Part shown: positions 34,272 to 45,418 of the stretch, piece after piece
How the letters are laid out: every line of letters begins with the position of its first letter
How positions within the stretch are numbered: the stretch's first letter is position 1
DNA from: Escherichia coli
GTDB lineage: Bacteria > Pseudomonadota > Gammaproteobacteria > Enterobacterales > Enterobacteriaceae
DNA length: 64,000 nt
Assembly: GCF_022846255.1 (NCBI RefSeq)
Contig: NZ_AP025682.1
Strand: one strand, 5' to 3'
Position numbers and translations under genes: made by a program
Notes under the pieces: model-generated
Database searches by the model: none
Seen by the model: the letters and a program-made list of their open reading frames with translations, nothing else
Told to the model about the DNA's origin: nothing

Positions 34272-34374
34272 GTCGGATGCGACGCTATGCGTCTTATCCG
34301 ACCTACAGTTCAGTTCACCTCGTAGGCCTGATAAGTCGCGTCAGCGGCGCATCAGGCATCGGTTGTCGAATACA
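34272..34374. repeat. REP pair between prpC and prpB
   Basis: GTCGGATGCGACGCTATGCGTCTTATCCGACCTAC ... GTAGGCCTGATAAGTCGCGTCAGCGGCGCATCAGGC. Confidence 0.75.
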
Positions 34375-34388
34375 ACCAACGGGCGTTT

Positions 34389-35279
34389 TTATTTCACCTG
34401 ACCACGGGCAAACAGGTCGTCGAGCTTCTCTTCGTACTGGTAGTAGTTGATGCTTTCGTACAGCTCGTTGCGGGTCTGCATGGTGTCGATGACGCTTTTC
34501 TGTGTGCCTTCCTGACGCAGGATGTTGTAGACATGTTCAGCGGCGCGGTTCATGGCGCGAAACGCTGAAAGCGGGTAGAGCGCCATTGCGACATGGGCGC
34601 TGCGTAATTCGTCGGTGGTAAACAGCGGTGTTGCGCCAAATTCGGTAATGTTGGCGAGGATCGGCACCTGCACCGCATCGGCAAACTGGCGATACATGGT
34701 GAGTTCGGTAATCGCCTCCGGGAACAGCATTTCGGCACCCGCTTCAACATAGGCCTCCGCTCGTTCGATTGCCGCATCCAGCCCCTCTACCGCCAGCGCA
34801 TCGGTGCGCGCCATGATCACAAAATCAGGATCGGTTTTCGCATCCACCGCCGCGCAGATCCGATCCACCATCTCTTCTTTCGAGACGATCGCTTTATTCG
34901 GACGATGACCGCAGCGTTTCGCACCAACCTGATCTTCAATATGCAATCCTGCCGCACCGGCTTTAATCATTGATTTCACCGTACGCGCCACGTTAAAGGC
35001 TGAAGAACCAAAACCGATATCCGCATCCACCAGCAGCGGCAGCGAACAAACGTCGGTAATACGGCGAATGTCAGTCAGCACATCATCAAGAGTAGAAATA
35101 CCGAGATCGGGCAGCCCCAGCGATCCTGCCGCCACGCCACCGCCGGAGAGATAAATCGCCTGATATCCGGCACGCTGCGCCAACAGCGCATGGTTGGCGT
35201 TAATGGTGCCAACAATTTGCAACGGGGTTTCTTTGCTAAGTGCAGCGCGAAACGCTTTACCTGGAGAGTGTAGAGACAT
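34389..35279 (-). CDS. prpB: 2-methylisocitrate lyase
   Basis: 296 aa. Confidence 0.95.
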   Translation of the reverse strand: MSLHSPGKAFRAALSKETPLQIVGTINANHALLAQRAGYQAIYLSGGGVAAGSLGLPDLGISTLDDVLTDIRRITDVCSLPLLVDADIGFGSSAFNVARTVKSMIKAGAAGLHIEDQVGAKRCGHRPNKAIVSKEEMVDRICAAVDAKTDPDFVIMARTDALAVEGLDAAIERAEAYVEAGAEMLFPEAITELTMYRQFADAVQVPILANITEFGATPLFTTDELRSAHVAMALYPLSAFRAMNRAAEHVYNILRQEGTQKSVIDTMQTRNELYESINYYQYEEKLDDLFARGQVK

Positions 35280-35326
35280 AGCCCATCCTTTGTTATCAAC
35301 TTGTTATTTGCGTTGATAAACACAAA

Positions 35327-35341
35327 GCAAGGGGTGTGCCA
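35327..35341 (-). promoter_or_regulatory. sigma-54 promoter of prpBCDE (TGGCAC-N5-TTGC on minus strand)
   Basis: Plus-strand GCAAGGGGTGTGCCA reverse-complements to TGGCACACCCCTTGC, about 50 bp upstream of the prpB ATG. Confidence 0.8.
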
Positions 35342-35414
35342 CAATTGACTGAATAAAATTAAATGTTTAATTTCAATGAGTTAAAGATAAATTCATGAAG
35401 TAATCCGCAAATAT

Positions 35415-35474
35415 GCGTTTCAGTTAACGTTTCAGGCAATGTTTCACCGCGTTTCATTGCAACAATTATGAAAC
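35415..35474. promoter_or_regulatory. PrpR enhancer (UAS): repeated GTTTCA half-sites and palindrome GTTTCAT-N10-ATGAAAC
   Basis: GTTTCAG, GTTTCAG, GTTTCAC, GTTTCAT then ATGAAAC at 35468-35474; lies 80-150 bp upstream of the sigma-54 promoter, next to prpR. Confidence 0.65.
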
Positions 35475-35517
35475 AAGGCTAAACCCAATATTCGGTTTCT
35501 TAACTTTGCGGTGCGCT

Positions 35518-37104
35518 ATGGCACATCCACCACGGCTGAATGACGACAAACCGGTTATCTGGACGGTATCTGTAACGCGGCTGTTCGAGTTATTTCGCGA
35601 TATCAGCCTCGAGTTTGATCACCTGGCGAATATCACCCCTATCCAGCTTGGCTTTGAAAAAGCGGTGACCTACATCCGCAAGAAACTGGCAAACGAACGC
35701 TGCGACGCCATCATCGCTGCTGGCTCTAACGGCGCATATCTTAAAAGCCGCCTGTCAGTGCCAGTTATTTTGATTAAACCGAGCGGCTACGATGTGTTAC
35801 AGGCACTGGCAAAAGCCGGAAAACTCACCTCTTCTATCGGCGTTGTCACCTATCAGGAAACCATTCCAGCGCTGGTGGCGTTTCAAAAGACCTTTAATTT
35901 GCGCCTCGACCAACGTAGTTACATCACCGAAGAAGACGCCCGCGGGCAAATCAATGAGTTGAAAGCCAACGGCACCGAAGCGGTGGTCGGCGCGGGGCTG
36001 ATTACCGATCTGGCAGAAGAAGCCGGAATGACCGGAATTTTTATCTATTCCGCCGCCACCGTGCGCCAGGCGTTCAGCGATGCGCTGGATATGACGCGCA
36101 TGTCTCTACGGCATAACACTCACGATGCCACCCGCAACGCCCTGCGTACTCGTTACGTGCTGGGCGATATGCTCGGTCAATCACCACAGATGGAACAGGT
36201 GCGGCAGACTATTTTGCTGTATGCCCGCTCCAGTGCGGCGGTGTTGATTGAGGGGGAAACGGGGACGGGCAAAGAGCTGGCGGCCCAGGCGATTCATCGG
36301 GAATATTTTGCCCGCCACGATGCGCGACAGGGCAAAAAGTCACATCCGTTTGTTGCCGTCAACTGCGGGGCGATTGCCGAATCGCTGCTGGAAGCAGAGC
36401 TGTTTGGCTATGAGGAAGGGGCGTTCACCGGCTCGCGACGCGGAGGTCGCGCCGGGCTGTTCGAAATTGCCCACGGCGGTACGCTGTTTCTGGATGAGAT
36501 TGGCGAAATGCCGCTACCTTTGCAGACTCGCCTGTTACGGGTGCTGGAAGAAAAAGAGGTCACCCGCGTCGGCGGGCATCAGCCTGTTCCGGTGGATGTG
36601 CGGGTCATTAGCGCCACTCACTGCAATCTGGAAGAAGATATGCAGCAAGGGCAGTTTCGCCGTGACCTGTTTTATCGGCTGAGTATTTTACGCCTGCAAC
36701 TGCCGCCGCTACGCGAGCGGGTGGCGGATATTCTGCCGCTGGCGGAAAGCTTTTTGAAAGTGTCTCTGGCGGCGCTCTCCGCCCCGTTTTCTGCCGCATT
36801 ACGCCAGGGGTTACAGGCAAGTGAAACTGTGCTGCTGCGCTACGACTGGCCGGGCAATATTCGAGAACTGCGCAATATGATGGAGCGACTGGCGCTGTTT
36901 TTAAGTGTGGAACCGACGCCGGATTTAACGCCGCAATTTTTGCAGCTGCTACTGCCGGAACTGGCACGCAAGTCGGCGAAGACTCCCATTCCAGGCTTGC
37001 TGACAGCACAACAGGCACTGGAGAAATTTAATGGCGATAAGACAGCAGCGGCGAATTATTTAGGTATCAGCCGAACGACGTTCTGGCGGCGGCTGAAAAG
37101 CTGA
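35518..37104 (+). CDS. prpR: sigma-54-dependent activator of propionate catabolism
   Basis: 528 aa from ATG 35518 ([15 protein letters not shown]...); AAA+ GETGTGKE and GAFTGS motifs; C-terminal HTH. Confidence 0.95.
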   Translation: MAHPPRLNDDKPVIWTVSVTRLFELFRDISLEFDHLANITPIQLGFEKAVTYIRKKLANERCDAIIAAGSNGAYLKSRLSVPVILIKPSGYDVLQALAKAGKLTSSIGVVTYQETIPALVAFQKTFNLRLDQRSYITEEDARGQINELKANGTEAVVGAGLITDLAEEAGMTGIFIYSAATVRQAFSDALDMTRMSLRHNTHDATRNALRTRYVLGDMLGQSPQMEQVRQTILLYARSSAAVLIEGETGTGKELAAQAIHREYFARHDARQGKKSHPFVAVNCGAIAESLLEAELFGYEEGAFTGSRRGGRAGLFEIAHGGTLFLDEIGEMPLPLQTRLLRVLEEKEVTRVGGHQPVPVDVRVISATHCNLEEDMQQGQFRRDLFYRLSILRLQLPPLRERVADILPLAESFLKVSLAALSAPFSAALRQGLQASETVLLRYDWPGNIRELRNMMERLALFLSVEPTPDLTPQFLQLLLPELARKSAKTPIPGLLTAQQALEKFNGDKTAAANYLGISRTTFWRRLKS

Positions 37105-37204
37105 ACTGCCGAATGCAGCGCGAACGCTTTATCCGGCATAAATTTCAATAGATGATGATCACCGATAAACTTACGCATCGGGGATGTTTACATAGGATTC
37201 AGAA

Positions 37205-37480
37205 TTACTTCTTCTTATAAATATTTGCCGTGCCGTGGATCTTATTGTCAGTTTGACCAGAGGTCAGTACCAACACATCAGCCCCTTTTTCATCGGCTTT
37301 TTTGATCAAATCTTCTTTCGCATCTGCGGTCGACATTTCATTACTGGTTGAAATATCACCTATTTTTTCATATTGCGATGCAACCTTTTCAAATTCCGCT
37401 TTGGTCATTAATTCTGCGGCATAGACATTGGTAACGGCAAACGCTAACGCACCGACTAACATTTTAGAGATTATTTTCAT
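37205..37480 (-). CDS. yahO: small periplasmic protein YahO (DUF1471)
   Basis: 91 aa with signal peptide [21 protein letters not shown]. Confidence 0.85.
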   Translation of the reverse strand: MKIISKMLVGALAFAVTNVYAAELMTKAEFEKVASQYEKIGDISTSNEMSTADAKEDLIKKADEKGADVLVLTSGQTDNKIHGTANIYKKK

Positions 37481-37626
37481 ATTACGGCTCCAGAGTTGTT
37501 ATCACACTATCACCCACCCACATTATTGGGTTGATTAATAATTAGTTCAGTCAGGGCATAAACGCCAGTAACCGGAAATAAGACACTTTGTGATCTCTCT
37601 CGCACCCGATTATTTTTGGTAGAAAT

Positions 37627-38301
37627 ATGATGAAGTTACTTCACTTATTTATGGATGAAATCACTATGGATCCTTTGCACGCCGTTTACCTGACCGTAGG
37701 ATTGTTCGTGATTACTTTTTTTAATCCGGGAGCCAATCTCTTTGTGGTAGTACAAACCAGCCTGGCTTCCGGTCGACGCGCAGGGGTGTTGACCGGGCTG
37801 GGCGTGGCGCTGGGCGATGCATTTTATTCCGGGTTGGGTTTGTTTGGTCTTGCAACGCTAATTACGCAGTGTGAGGAGATTTTTTCGCTTATCAGAATCG
37901 TCGGCGGTGCTTATCTTTTATGGTTTGCGTGGTGTAGTAGCATGCGCCGCCACTCAACACCGCAAATGAGCACACTACAACAACCGATTAGCGCCCCCTG
38001 GTATGTCTTTTTCCGCCGTGGATTAATTACCGATCTCTCTAACCCGCAAACCGTTTTATTTTTTATCAGTATTTTCTCAGTAACATTACATGCCGAAACA
38101 CCAACATGGGCACGATTAATGGCCTGGGCGGGGATTGTGCTCGCATCAATTATCTGGCGAGTCTTTCTTAGTCAGGCGTTTTCTTTGCCCGCAGTGCGTC
38201 GTGCTTATGGGCGTATGCAACGCGTTGCCAGTTGGGTTATTGGTGCAATTATTGGTGTATTCGCGCTACGCCTGATTTACGAAGGGGTGACGCAGCGGTG
38301 A
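37627..38301 (+). CDS. yahN: LysE/RhtB-family amino acid exporter
   Basis: about 223 aa membrane protein. Confidence 0.85.
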   Translation: MMKLLHLFMDEITMDPLHAVYLTVGLFVITFFNPGANLFVVVQTSLASGRRAGVLTGLGVALGDAFYSGLGLFGLATLITQCEEIFSLIRIVGGAYLLWFAWCSSMRRHSTPQMSTLQQPISAPWYVFFRRGLITDLSNPQTVLFFISIFSVTLHAETPTWARLMAWAGIVLASIIWRVFLSQAFSLPAVRRAYGRMQRVASWVIGAIIGVFALRLIYEGVTQR

Positions 38302-38317
38302 GCAGATAATTTACTCT

Positions 38318-38560
38318 CTACGTAATCAACCTGATTTGCCGAATCCCAACCATCGGCGATGATAGCCCCCGTAATGCGTGGTCCTTATTTCCGATAAGTT
38401 TACTTGAGTCTTTAGCTTCCCATTTCAGCCCACTCTCCCCTGTGTGGGCTTTTTTCATTGTTCTGACCCGTCCTGAATAGCCAAACAATGGCAATGTTCC
38501 ACTTTGCAGGGATGATAATAAGGGGATCTGATTCAGAAAAGTTTTGAAAAGTTGGACCGC
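38318..38560 (-). CDS. yahM: small uncharacterised protein, YahM-like
   Basis: Convergent with yahN; 81 aa from the internal ATG (MAVQLFKTFLNQ...). Identity from memory, start uncertain. Confidence 0.45.
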   Translation of the reverse strand, partial: AVQLFKTFLNQIPLLSSLQSGTLPLFGYSGRVRTMKKAHTGESGLKWEAKDSSKLIGNKDHALRGLSSPMVGIRQIRLIT

Positions 38561-39184
38561 CATCGAGGCCTCGAACCCCGTACCATACAACAATCCTGGT
38601 TGTCGTCTGCTCTTCCTGATGAGCTAATGGCGGTTTTTGATATGAGCCTTACAACATATTTTCTGTCAGGCTTGAGTGCGATGCGTAAGATACAGAAAAG
38701 ACCCCACACAAACATGATGGAATTATGATTTTTTTCATATGAATGTCAACCCACACATTCACAAAACATCTGTATGAGAACATTTTTTATACACCATATA
38801 GCTGCGAAACCACTACTGGTGCTTTTTTAAGCGAAACTCCGCCGTTCACAACAAAATATCGGCGAAAAAGGAGGGGGAATGCCATTTGGCATACAGATAC
38901 ACAGATGAAATGATGACCTGCTTTGCGATTCACTCTCTGGTGGAATAACAACTTGCAGGTGGCTCTCTTAAATAAAAATAAACGTCGCAGATAATAAAGC
39001 TCTGATTAAACCATACACTATCAGAAATCGCTCATAACTAACGTGTAAAGTAGTGGAGTTAATTTAACAATCTGAATTTACGCTATAGGTTTACCACTAC
39101 TTTGATATTATTTCGCTCTCCTTAACTAAAAAGTTAAGTGGAGCGAAGTTAATATGTTAAACCACAGGATGTTTATTAATTTTT

Positions 39185-40234
39185 TCAGTCTGTTAGTGTG
39201 CGATTATCGATAACAAAACGATATTTCACATCACCACGCAGCATTCGCTCATAGGCTTCATTAATTTGATCGGCCCGAATCATCTCTATATCAGCCACGA
39301 TGCCATGTTCGGCGCAAAAATCGAGCATCTCCTGAGTTTCTGGAATGCCGCCAATCATAGAACCAGCTATCGCGCGGCGTTTCATGATCAGGTTGAAAAC
39401 TTCCGGGGATTTATGCGGTGTCGCAGGCGCACCAACCAGCGTTATGGTGCCATCGCGCTTCAGCAAGGTGGTAAAATCGTCGAGATTATGTGGCGCAGCT
39501 ACTGTATTCAAAATGAAATCGAAACTCTTCACATGAGCCGCCATCTCATCGGCATTGCGTGAGTTAACAACTTCATCGGCCCCCAGGGCTTTTGCCGCTT
39601 CGCGTTTTGACTCAGAAGTGGTAAATGCCACCACATGCGCCCCCATCGCGTGGGCCAGTTTAATCCCCATATGTCCCAGACCGCCGATGCCGACCACGCC
39701 CACTTTTTTACCCGGCCCGGCCTGCCAGTGGCGTAGCGGCGAGTACGTGGTGATTCCTGCACACAATAAAGGAGCCACCGCCGCCAGCTGCTCTTGCGGG
39801 TGACGAATACGCAGAACATATCGCTCATGAACGACGATCTGTTGTGAGTAGCCGCCCAGAGTATGGCCCGGTTCATCCGGTGTCGGCGAGTTATAGGTTC
39901 CGGTCATGTGATCACAGTAGTTTTCCAGCCCATCTTCACACTCTTCGCAATGTTTACAACTGTCGACAATGCAGCCGACACCAACCAGATCGCCCGGCGC
40001 ATGTTTTTCTACCTGATCACCAACGGCTACCACGCGCCCCACAATTTCATGACCCGGCACGCAGGGGTAAACCGTCCCCGCCCACTCCGAACGGACCTGG
40101 TGGAGATCGGAATGGCAGACGCCACAGTAAGCGATTTCGATTTTGACATCATGCGGTCCCGGTTCACGCCGGGTGATATCCATCGGTTCAAGGGGTTGTT
40201 TAGCGGAATATGCACCAACAGCTTTGATCTTCAT
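39185..40234 (-). CDS. yahK: NADPH-dependent aldehyde reductase (zinc alcohol dehydrogenase family)
   Basis: 349 aa; CGVCHSDLH and GHEIVG zinc-ADH motifs. Confidence 0.93.
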   Translation of the reverse strand: MKIKAVGAYSAKQPLEPMDITRREPGPHDVKIEIAYCGVCHSDLHQVRSEWAGTVYPCVPGHEIVGRVVAVGDQVEKHAPGDLVGVGCIVDSCKHCEECEDGLENYCDHMTGTYNSPTPDEPGHTLGGYSQQIVVHERYVLRIRHPQEQLAAVAPLLCAGITTYSPLRHWQAGPGKKVGVVGIGGLGHMGIKLAHAMGAHVVAFTTSESKREAAKALGADEVVNSRNADEMAAHVKSFDFILNTVAAPHNLDDFTTLLKRDGTITLVGAPATPHKSPEVFNLIMKRRAIAGSMIGGIPETQEMLDFCAEHGIVADIEMIRADQINEAYERMLRGDVKYRFVIDNRTLTD

Positions 40235-40320
40235 TGTGTTTACTCCTGATTAGCTATGTGTATTTGGCGATGCCTGATATGTCATCGCGGCAAAACGCGT
40301 CCATTGAATATAGCCAATAT

Positions 40321-41277
40321 TTAAACCACCCGATCCAGCCCCAACATGCCGCGAGCCTGAATGAAACAGAGCAGCAACGTTCCCCATAAGGCCATCGTCA
40401 GGTAGGGGCTTATACCGAGAATATTGAAGCCGCTTTCAATAATTTGCAGAAGAAACAGCGCCAGCACCATACCAATTATCCGCCCGCTGCCGCCGTCCGG
40501 ATTAACCCCGCCGAGTACTGCCGCGAGGATTGACACCAGCAAGTACGATTCGCCATAAGAGGCCTTAGCCGAGTTGAGTTTCGACATCATCAAAAATGCC
40601 GCTACCGCACAAAGCAAGGCGGAAATGACATACACCCATATCAGCACCCGACGAGTGTTAATACCGGAGTAAAGTGTTGCTCGTTCGTTAGAACCAATCA
40701 GATAAATGGCTTTACCGAGCGGCGTTTTCTCCAGCAATATCCACAGCCCCAGCGCCACTGCGGTAAACAACCACATCGGTAGCGGAATACCGAACCACTG
40801 TGCATGATTCAACCACAGCACCCATGAGGGATAATTGGCAATGGCGCTACCGCCTGTCACCAGAATATTTACCCCTTTGAGCAACGTCATCATCCCAAGC
40901 GTTGCAAGAATTGGCGACACTCGAATACCAGCAATCAATACGCCGTTACATAAACCGATTATCACCGCCGCGCCAGCGCCTGCCAGTAACGTAGCGACAA
41001 CCGTAGCAATACCCGGTGGATACTGAGTCGCCACCCACGCCATCACCAGTGAACAGGCGTTAGCAGTGGCTATAATTGACAAGTTAATGCCACCGCAAAG
41101 CATGGTCACCGCCATAGCCAACGCCAGAATGCCCAGCACGGGCATTTGCGAAGCGACGGACTGGAAATTACTTATCGACCAGAAAATCTCCGGCATAGTA
41201 ATGCTGAAGGCGGCAACAGTTAGCACCAGCAGGCCGATCAAGTAAAACTCAACGTTATTACGCCACGATTTTTTCAT
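40321..41277 (-). CDS. sugar ABC transporter permease (RbsC/LsrD-like)
   Basis: Polytopic membrane protein; ATG at 41277 overlaps the stop of the upstream permease as ATGA. Confidence 0.8.
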   Translation of the reverse strand: MKKSWRNNVEFYLIGLLVLTVAAFSITMPEIFWSISNFQSVASQMPVLGILALAMAVTMLCGGINLSIIATANACSLVMAWVATQYPPGIATVVATLLAGAGAAVIIGLCNGVLIAGIRVSPILATLGMMTLLKGVNILVTGGSAIANYPSWVLWLNHAQWFGIPLPMWLFTAVALGLWILLEKTPLGKAIYLIGSNERATLYSGINTRRVLIWVYVISALLCAVAAFLMMSKLNSAKASYGESYLLVSILAAVLGGVNPDGGSGRIIGMVLALFLLQIIESGFNILGISPYLTMALWGTLLLCFIQARGMLGLDRVV

Positions 41278-42245
41278 AGCAGACTCCGGTTCTGATGCTG
41301 ACTCCACGCCGTGGCGCTAATGCTGGCAACGATGATGATGCCAGTGATCAATGTTTGCCAGTAAGACGAGACTCCCAATAAATTTAGCCCGTTTTGCATC
41401 ACTGCCAACAACACCACGCCGAGCAAAGTACCGGTTAACGTGCCGCGCCCGCCGAGCAAACTAGTGCCGCCAAGCACCACCGCAGCCAGTACTGTCAGCT
41501 CATAACCCAGAAGAGAATCGGGGGCGACAGTCATCACCGTCCACGACTGCACTACACCCGCAGCACCAGACATCAATCCCATATAGCCATAGACGAAAAG
41601 TTGCAGTTTCAGCACACTAAAGCCGATGCGACTGGCTGATTCGCGGTTCCCGCCAAGGGCATAAATTTTGCGCCCTACACTGGTGAAATTCATGATAAAC
41701 GCTGTTAGCAGCACCACCGTAATCATGGCGATCAGCGGTAGACCAAGGCCATAGTCATAGCCATCAGCATCGGTGTACTTGAACAACATAACCCCCTGCT
41801 CAAACCACGGCGGAAAGTCGTACAGCCACACACCTTTACTCAACCATAACAGCAGGCCATAGAAAATATTCAGCGTCGAGATAGTGATGATGATAGAAGG
41901 CACCCGTAGGCGATTAACCAGTAAGGCGTTAATTAAGCCAAGTAAAATGCCGATGCCGCCCGCCAGTGCAAACGCGACAGCAAAGTTACCACCCATTTTT
42001 TGCAGCAACAGCACCATGCCGTATTGCGCAATGATGGTCATTGCTGGAAACGAAATATCAATTCCACCGGAAATCAACACCACAAACAAACCACAGGCGA
42101 GAATAGTCAACATGGCATAGTTATTGGCGAGATCGTACAAATTACCGAATGTCAGAAACTCGTCGCTGCGCCAGGCAAGGCCGACAAACAGCCCCACAAT
42201 CAGTAATGCCAGCCAGAATTCATGACGTTTTTTCAGTTCAGCCAT
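41274..42245 (-). CDS. sugar ABC transporter permease (RbsC/LsrC-like)
   Basis: 323 aa polytopic membrane protein; start overlaps the ATPase 3' end by 8 nt. Confidence 0.8.
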   Translation of the reverse strand: MAELKKRHEFWLALLIVGLFVGLAWRSDEFLTFGNLYDLANNYAMLTILACGLFVVLISGGIDISFPAMTIIAQYGMVLLLQKMGGNFAVAFALAGGIGILLGLINALLVNRLRVPSIIITISTLNIFYGLLLWLSKGVWLYDFPPWFEQGVMLFKYTDADGYDYGLGLPLIAMITVVLLTAFIMNFTSVGRKIYALGGNRESASRIGFSVLKLQLFVYGYMGLMSGAAGVVQSWTVMTVAPDSLLGYELTVLAAVVLGGTSLLGGRGTLTGTLLGVVLLAVMQNGLNLLGVSSYWQTLITGIIIVASISATAWSQHQNRSLL

Positions 42246-43722
42246 TTACCACCTCCGCAATCCTGGCCTGAGAACTGCTGTCAGGCAGGAAGCTATGGGT
42301 GATCTGACCTTTTTGCATTACCAAAATCCGGTGGCTTTGATACCACGCTTCTTCAATTTCATCGCAGATCATCAATACCGCAATGCCATGAGCCGCCAGA
42401 TCGCTGATAATGCCGTATATTCCTGCTTTGTTGGCGATATCAACACCGACTGTCGGGCTATCGAGAATCAACAGTCGTGGCCCAATCGCCAGCCATTTGG
42501 CGATCGATACTCGCTGCGCGTTACCACCAGAAAGCGTATTCACCGGGAGATGTGGGTCAGAGACTTTGATGGTCAATGCCTTGATTAGCCTGTCCACCAG
42601 GTCACGCACTTTAGCTTCACTCAGAAAGCCGAAGCGATCTTTTACCTTGTGAAAAACAGTGCTAATGATGTTGTCTTCAATAGATTGCGCCATCACCAAA
42701 CCGCGCGACATGCGATCTTCCGAAACATAACCAATACCGTGGCGGATGGCGTCCTGGTTACTATGCAGTGTAACCGGCTGACCGTTGATGAGGATCTCGC
42801 CAGCATCCGGTCGGGTCATACCAAACAGACTCAGACATAATTCCGTGCGCCCCGCACCAAGCAGGCCAATAATCGACACCACTTCGCCCGCTTCCACCCG
42901 CAAGTTAATATTTTGATATTCCCCATGACGACTTAAATTACGCACCTCCAGCACTGGGATGCTGGATTTTCCCTGCCACAACTCTCGTACCTGATATTCA
43001 AACTCCTGGCCGGTCATCAGGAAACCGAGTTGTTTTGTGGTCATCTCTGCAGCCGGAAAGGTCCCGACCAGCTCACCATCTTTCAGCACTGAAATACGGT
43101 CGGAAACTTCCATCACCTCTTCCAGACGATGACTGACGAAGACCACGCAGATCCCGCGTTCCCGCAATTGATGCACCACCTGTAATAACCCTTGCACTTC
43201 CTGATGGGTCAGCGAAGCGGTTGGTTCATCCATCACAATCAACCGTGCGTCCTGCGCCAGTGCACGGCAAATTGCCACCAGCTGACAGCGGGCAATTGAA
43301 AGCTCAGAAACGAGCGTATCCAGTGGCAATGTGACGTTAACACTGGTCATTGCCGCCTGCGCCACCTCACGCAGACGACGTCGGTTAACAAACAGACCGT
43401 GGTGATAGTGATTCACGGCGATATTCTCCCAGACACTCAGGTTAGGAAATAAAGAGAGGTCCTGATAAATCACCTGAATCCCCTGCGCCACCGAAGCGGC
43501 GGGTGTCAGCTTTGACCAGTTTTTCCCACCAAGCGTAATTTCCGCTCCCTCATCCGGGCGATAAACACCGGACATAATTTTAATCAACGTCGATTTACCA
43601 CAGCCGTTTTGCCCGGCAAGGCAGTGCACTTCACCCGACATAAAGTCGAGAGAAACATCGCGCAGCGCTCGCGTGGCATGAAACGTTTTGTTGATATGAC
43701 GAAGGGAAAGGAAGGTTTCCAT
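42238..43722 (-). CDS. sugar ABC transporter ATP-binding protein with two fused ABC domains (RbsA/LsrA-like)
   Basis: From ATG 43722 (METFLSLRHINKTF...), preceded by AGGGGA; Walker A GQNGCGKST, second domain GLLGAGRTEL, signature LSGGNAQR. Confidence 0.85.
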   Translation of the reverse strand: METFLSLRHINKTFHATRALRDVSLDFMSGEVHCLAGQNGCGKSTLIKIMSGVYRPDEGAEITLGGKNWSKLTPAASVAQGIQVIYQDLSLFPNLSVWENIAVNHYHHGLFVNRRRLREVAQAAMTSVNVTLPLDTLVSELSIARCQLVAICRALAQDARLIVMDEPTASLTHQEVQGLLQVVHQLRERGICVVFVSHRLEEVMEVSDRISVLKDGELVGTFPAAEMTTKQLGFLMTGQEFEYQVRELWQGKSSIPVLEVRNLSRHGEYQNINLRVEAGEVVSIIGLLGAGRTELCLSLFGMTRPDAGEILINGQPVTLHSNQDAIRHGIGYVSEDRMSRGLVMAQSIEDNIISTVFHKVKDRFGFLSEAKVRDLVDRLIKALTIKVSDPHLPVNTLSGGNAQRVSIAKWLAIGPRLLILDSPTVGVDIANKAGIYGIISDLAAHGIAVLMICDEIEEAWYQSHRILVMQKGQITHSFLPDSSSQARIAEVVNG

Positions 43723-43770
43723 AACATCCCCTGGCAATAAGAATCGGGGCTTTCGCCCCGAAGAAATGGA

Positions 43771-44757
43771 TTAATAAAGTGAGTCGATATTGTCTTTGTT
43801 GACCAGTAATACCTTATGGAAACGGATAATTCGCTTATCCATATCTACGTCGGCCTTCCCCAGATTCTGCATTTCTAATCCAGGTTTGATCTCTTCACCC
43901 TTCAGCAACGTGCTGGCGACGGCTGCGAGTGCGTAACCTGCAGAGGCCGGATCGTAAGTAATCCCTTCGGTGATATCACCACTTTTAATCAGTGATGCCG
44001 CCTGTGAAGGAATCATCATGCCATAGACTGCGACTTTATTTTTCGCCCGTTTCTCTTTCACTGCACGTCCCGCGCCAATCGGACCGTTTGAACCAAAGGA
44101 GACAACCGCTTTCAAGTCAGGATAGGTTTTCATCAGGTCCAGTGTGGTACGACGTGAGTCATCCACACTCTCGGCAACCGGCATGCGGCGGGTAACTTCA
44201 TGCATATCCGGGTAATGCTCTTTCTGGTATTTCACCAGCAAGTCAGCCCATAAGTTATGCTGCGGCACGGTCAAACTACCCACGTAAATCACATAGCCGC
44301 CCTTGCCACCCATGCGTTTCGCCATATGTTCAACATATTCAGCGGCAAATTTTTCGTTATCAATGATTTCGATATCCCAGTTAGCACTTAGCTGACCGGG
44401 GGATTCGTTGGTCAGAACCACAATTCCGGCATCTCGCGCTTTTTTGAATACCGGTTCCAGCACGTTGGCATCGTTTGGCACAATTGTAATTGCATTAACC
44501 TTACGGGCGATTAAATCCTCAATAATTTTAACTTGTTGCGGAGCATCAGTACTTGAAGGCCCCACCTGTGACGCATTAACACCAAAGGCTTTACCCGCCT
44601 CAACCACACCTTCGCCCATGCGATTAAACCACGGCATACCATCGACTTTAGAGATATTCACCACGACTTTTTCCGCTGCCTGGAGCGGCGCAGAAATTAG
44701 CGCAGCGCCTAATAACAGCGAAGACACCATATTGATAACAAAACGTTTATTCATCAT
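43771..44757 (-). CDS. periplasmic sugar-binding protein, LsrB/RbsB-like
   Basis: 328 aa with signal peptide MMNKRFVINMVSSLLLGAALISAPLQA; N- and C-terminal blocks resemble LsrB (...NKDNID...). Confidence 0.8.
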   Translation of the reverse strand: MMNKRFVINMVSSLLLGAALISAPLQAAEKVVVNISKVDGMPWFNRMGEGVVEAGKAFGVNASQVGPSSTDAPQQVKIIEDLIARKVNAITIVPNDANVLEPVFKKARDAGIVVLTNESPGQLSANWDIEIIDNEKFAAEYVEHMAKRMGGKGGYVIYVGSLTVPQHNLWADLLVKYQKEHYPDMHEVTRRMPVAESVDDSRRTTLDLMKTYPDLKAVVSFGSNGPIGAGRAVKEKRAKNKVAVYGMMIPSQAASLIKSGDITEGITYDPASAGYALAAVASTLLKGEEIKPGLEMQNLGKADVDMDKRIIRFHKVLLVNKDNIDSLY

Positions 44758-45003
44758 TTCAGCCTCATTGCAGGGTAGTCAGGAAGTGTTCGCCCAAATT
44801 AGCGCGCTGGAGAGAATAAGAATTTTCGAATATTTTTATGCAGAATAAACAGCCCTATTTCAGGCAGCTATTAAAAATTTGGTTATAAATATGGACAAAA
44901 CGGGCAGCAACAATAAGTGTGATAATCATCACGTAAAAAACAGCAAAATAAACAAAATTAGCGATACTTTATGTTTGTGAGCTTATTTCGCGTAGAAAAA
45001 TAG

Positions 45004-45418
45004 TTATCTACACAACGTCAATAAGGGCATATTCTTCAAAGATAACGTCCATTTCGGGTGAATAGCATCCTTCTGCCTGGAAAAAACGACGGTGTTCATT
45101 ACGCCAATATTCAAGACTGAGGTCACCTTCACCTTCCTTACGGGCAAGCTCTGCGGTGACATCAGAAAAGCGCAGTAAATGCAGGCCAATCACTCTGATA
45201 ACACAGACAGGCTCACCACGGCTATTTTCTACAATCTTATACTCACCAATCAGCGGAAATGCGTTGTCTTCAATACATCCCGCCAGCGAACCACAGGAAG
45301 CTGTTTTAACACCAGTCGCAATCAACGTTGCGAGGTGATCGGCCAACGCTGCTGAATCGCCAAAAGTACAAAAGGAAGCATGGGGATATTTTTGTGAGAT
45401 TTTTTCTTTTATGGTCAT
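45004..45418 (-). CDS. small cytoplasmic protein, possibly ASCH/PUA-like
   Basis: about 138 aa from ATG 45418 (MTIKEKISQKYPHASF...); fold assignment is a weak guess from motif resemblance. Confidence 0.4.

Noticed and set aside
38533-38715. 60-aa minus-strand ORF overlapping the yahM-like gene start
   Set aside because: Overlaps a better-supported small gene in another frame; no ribosome-binding site.
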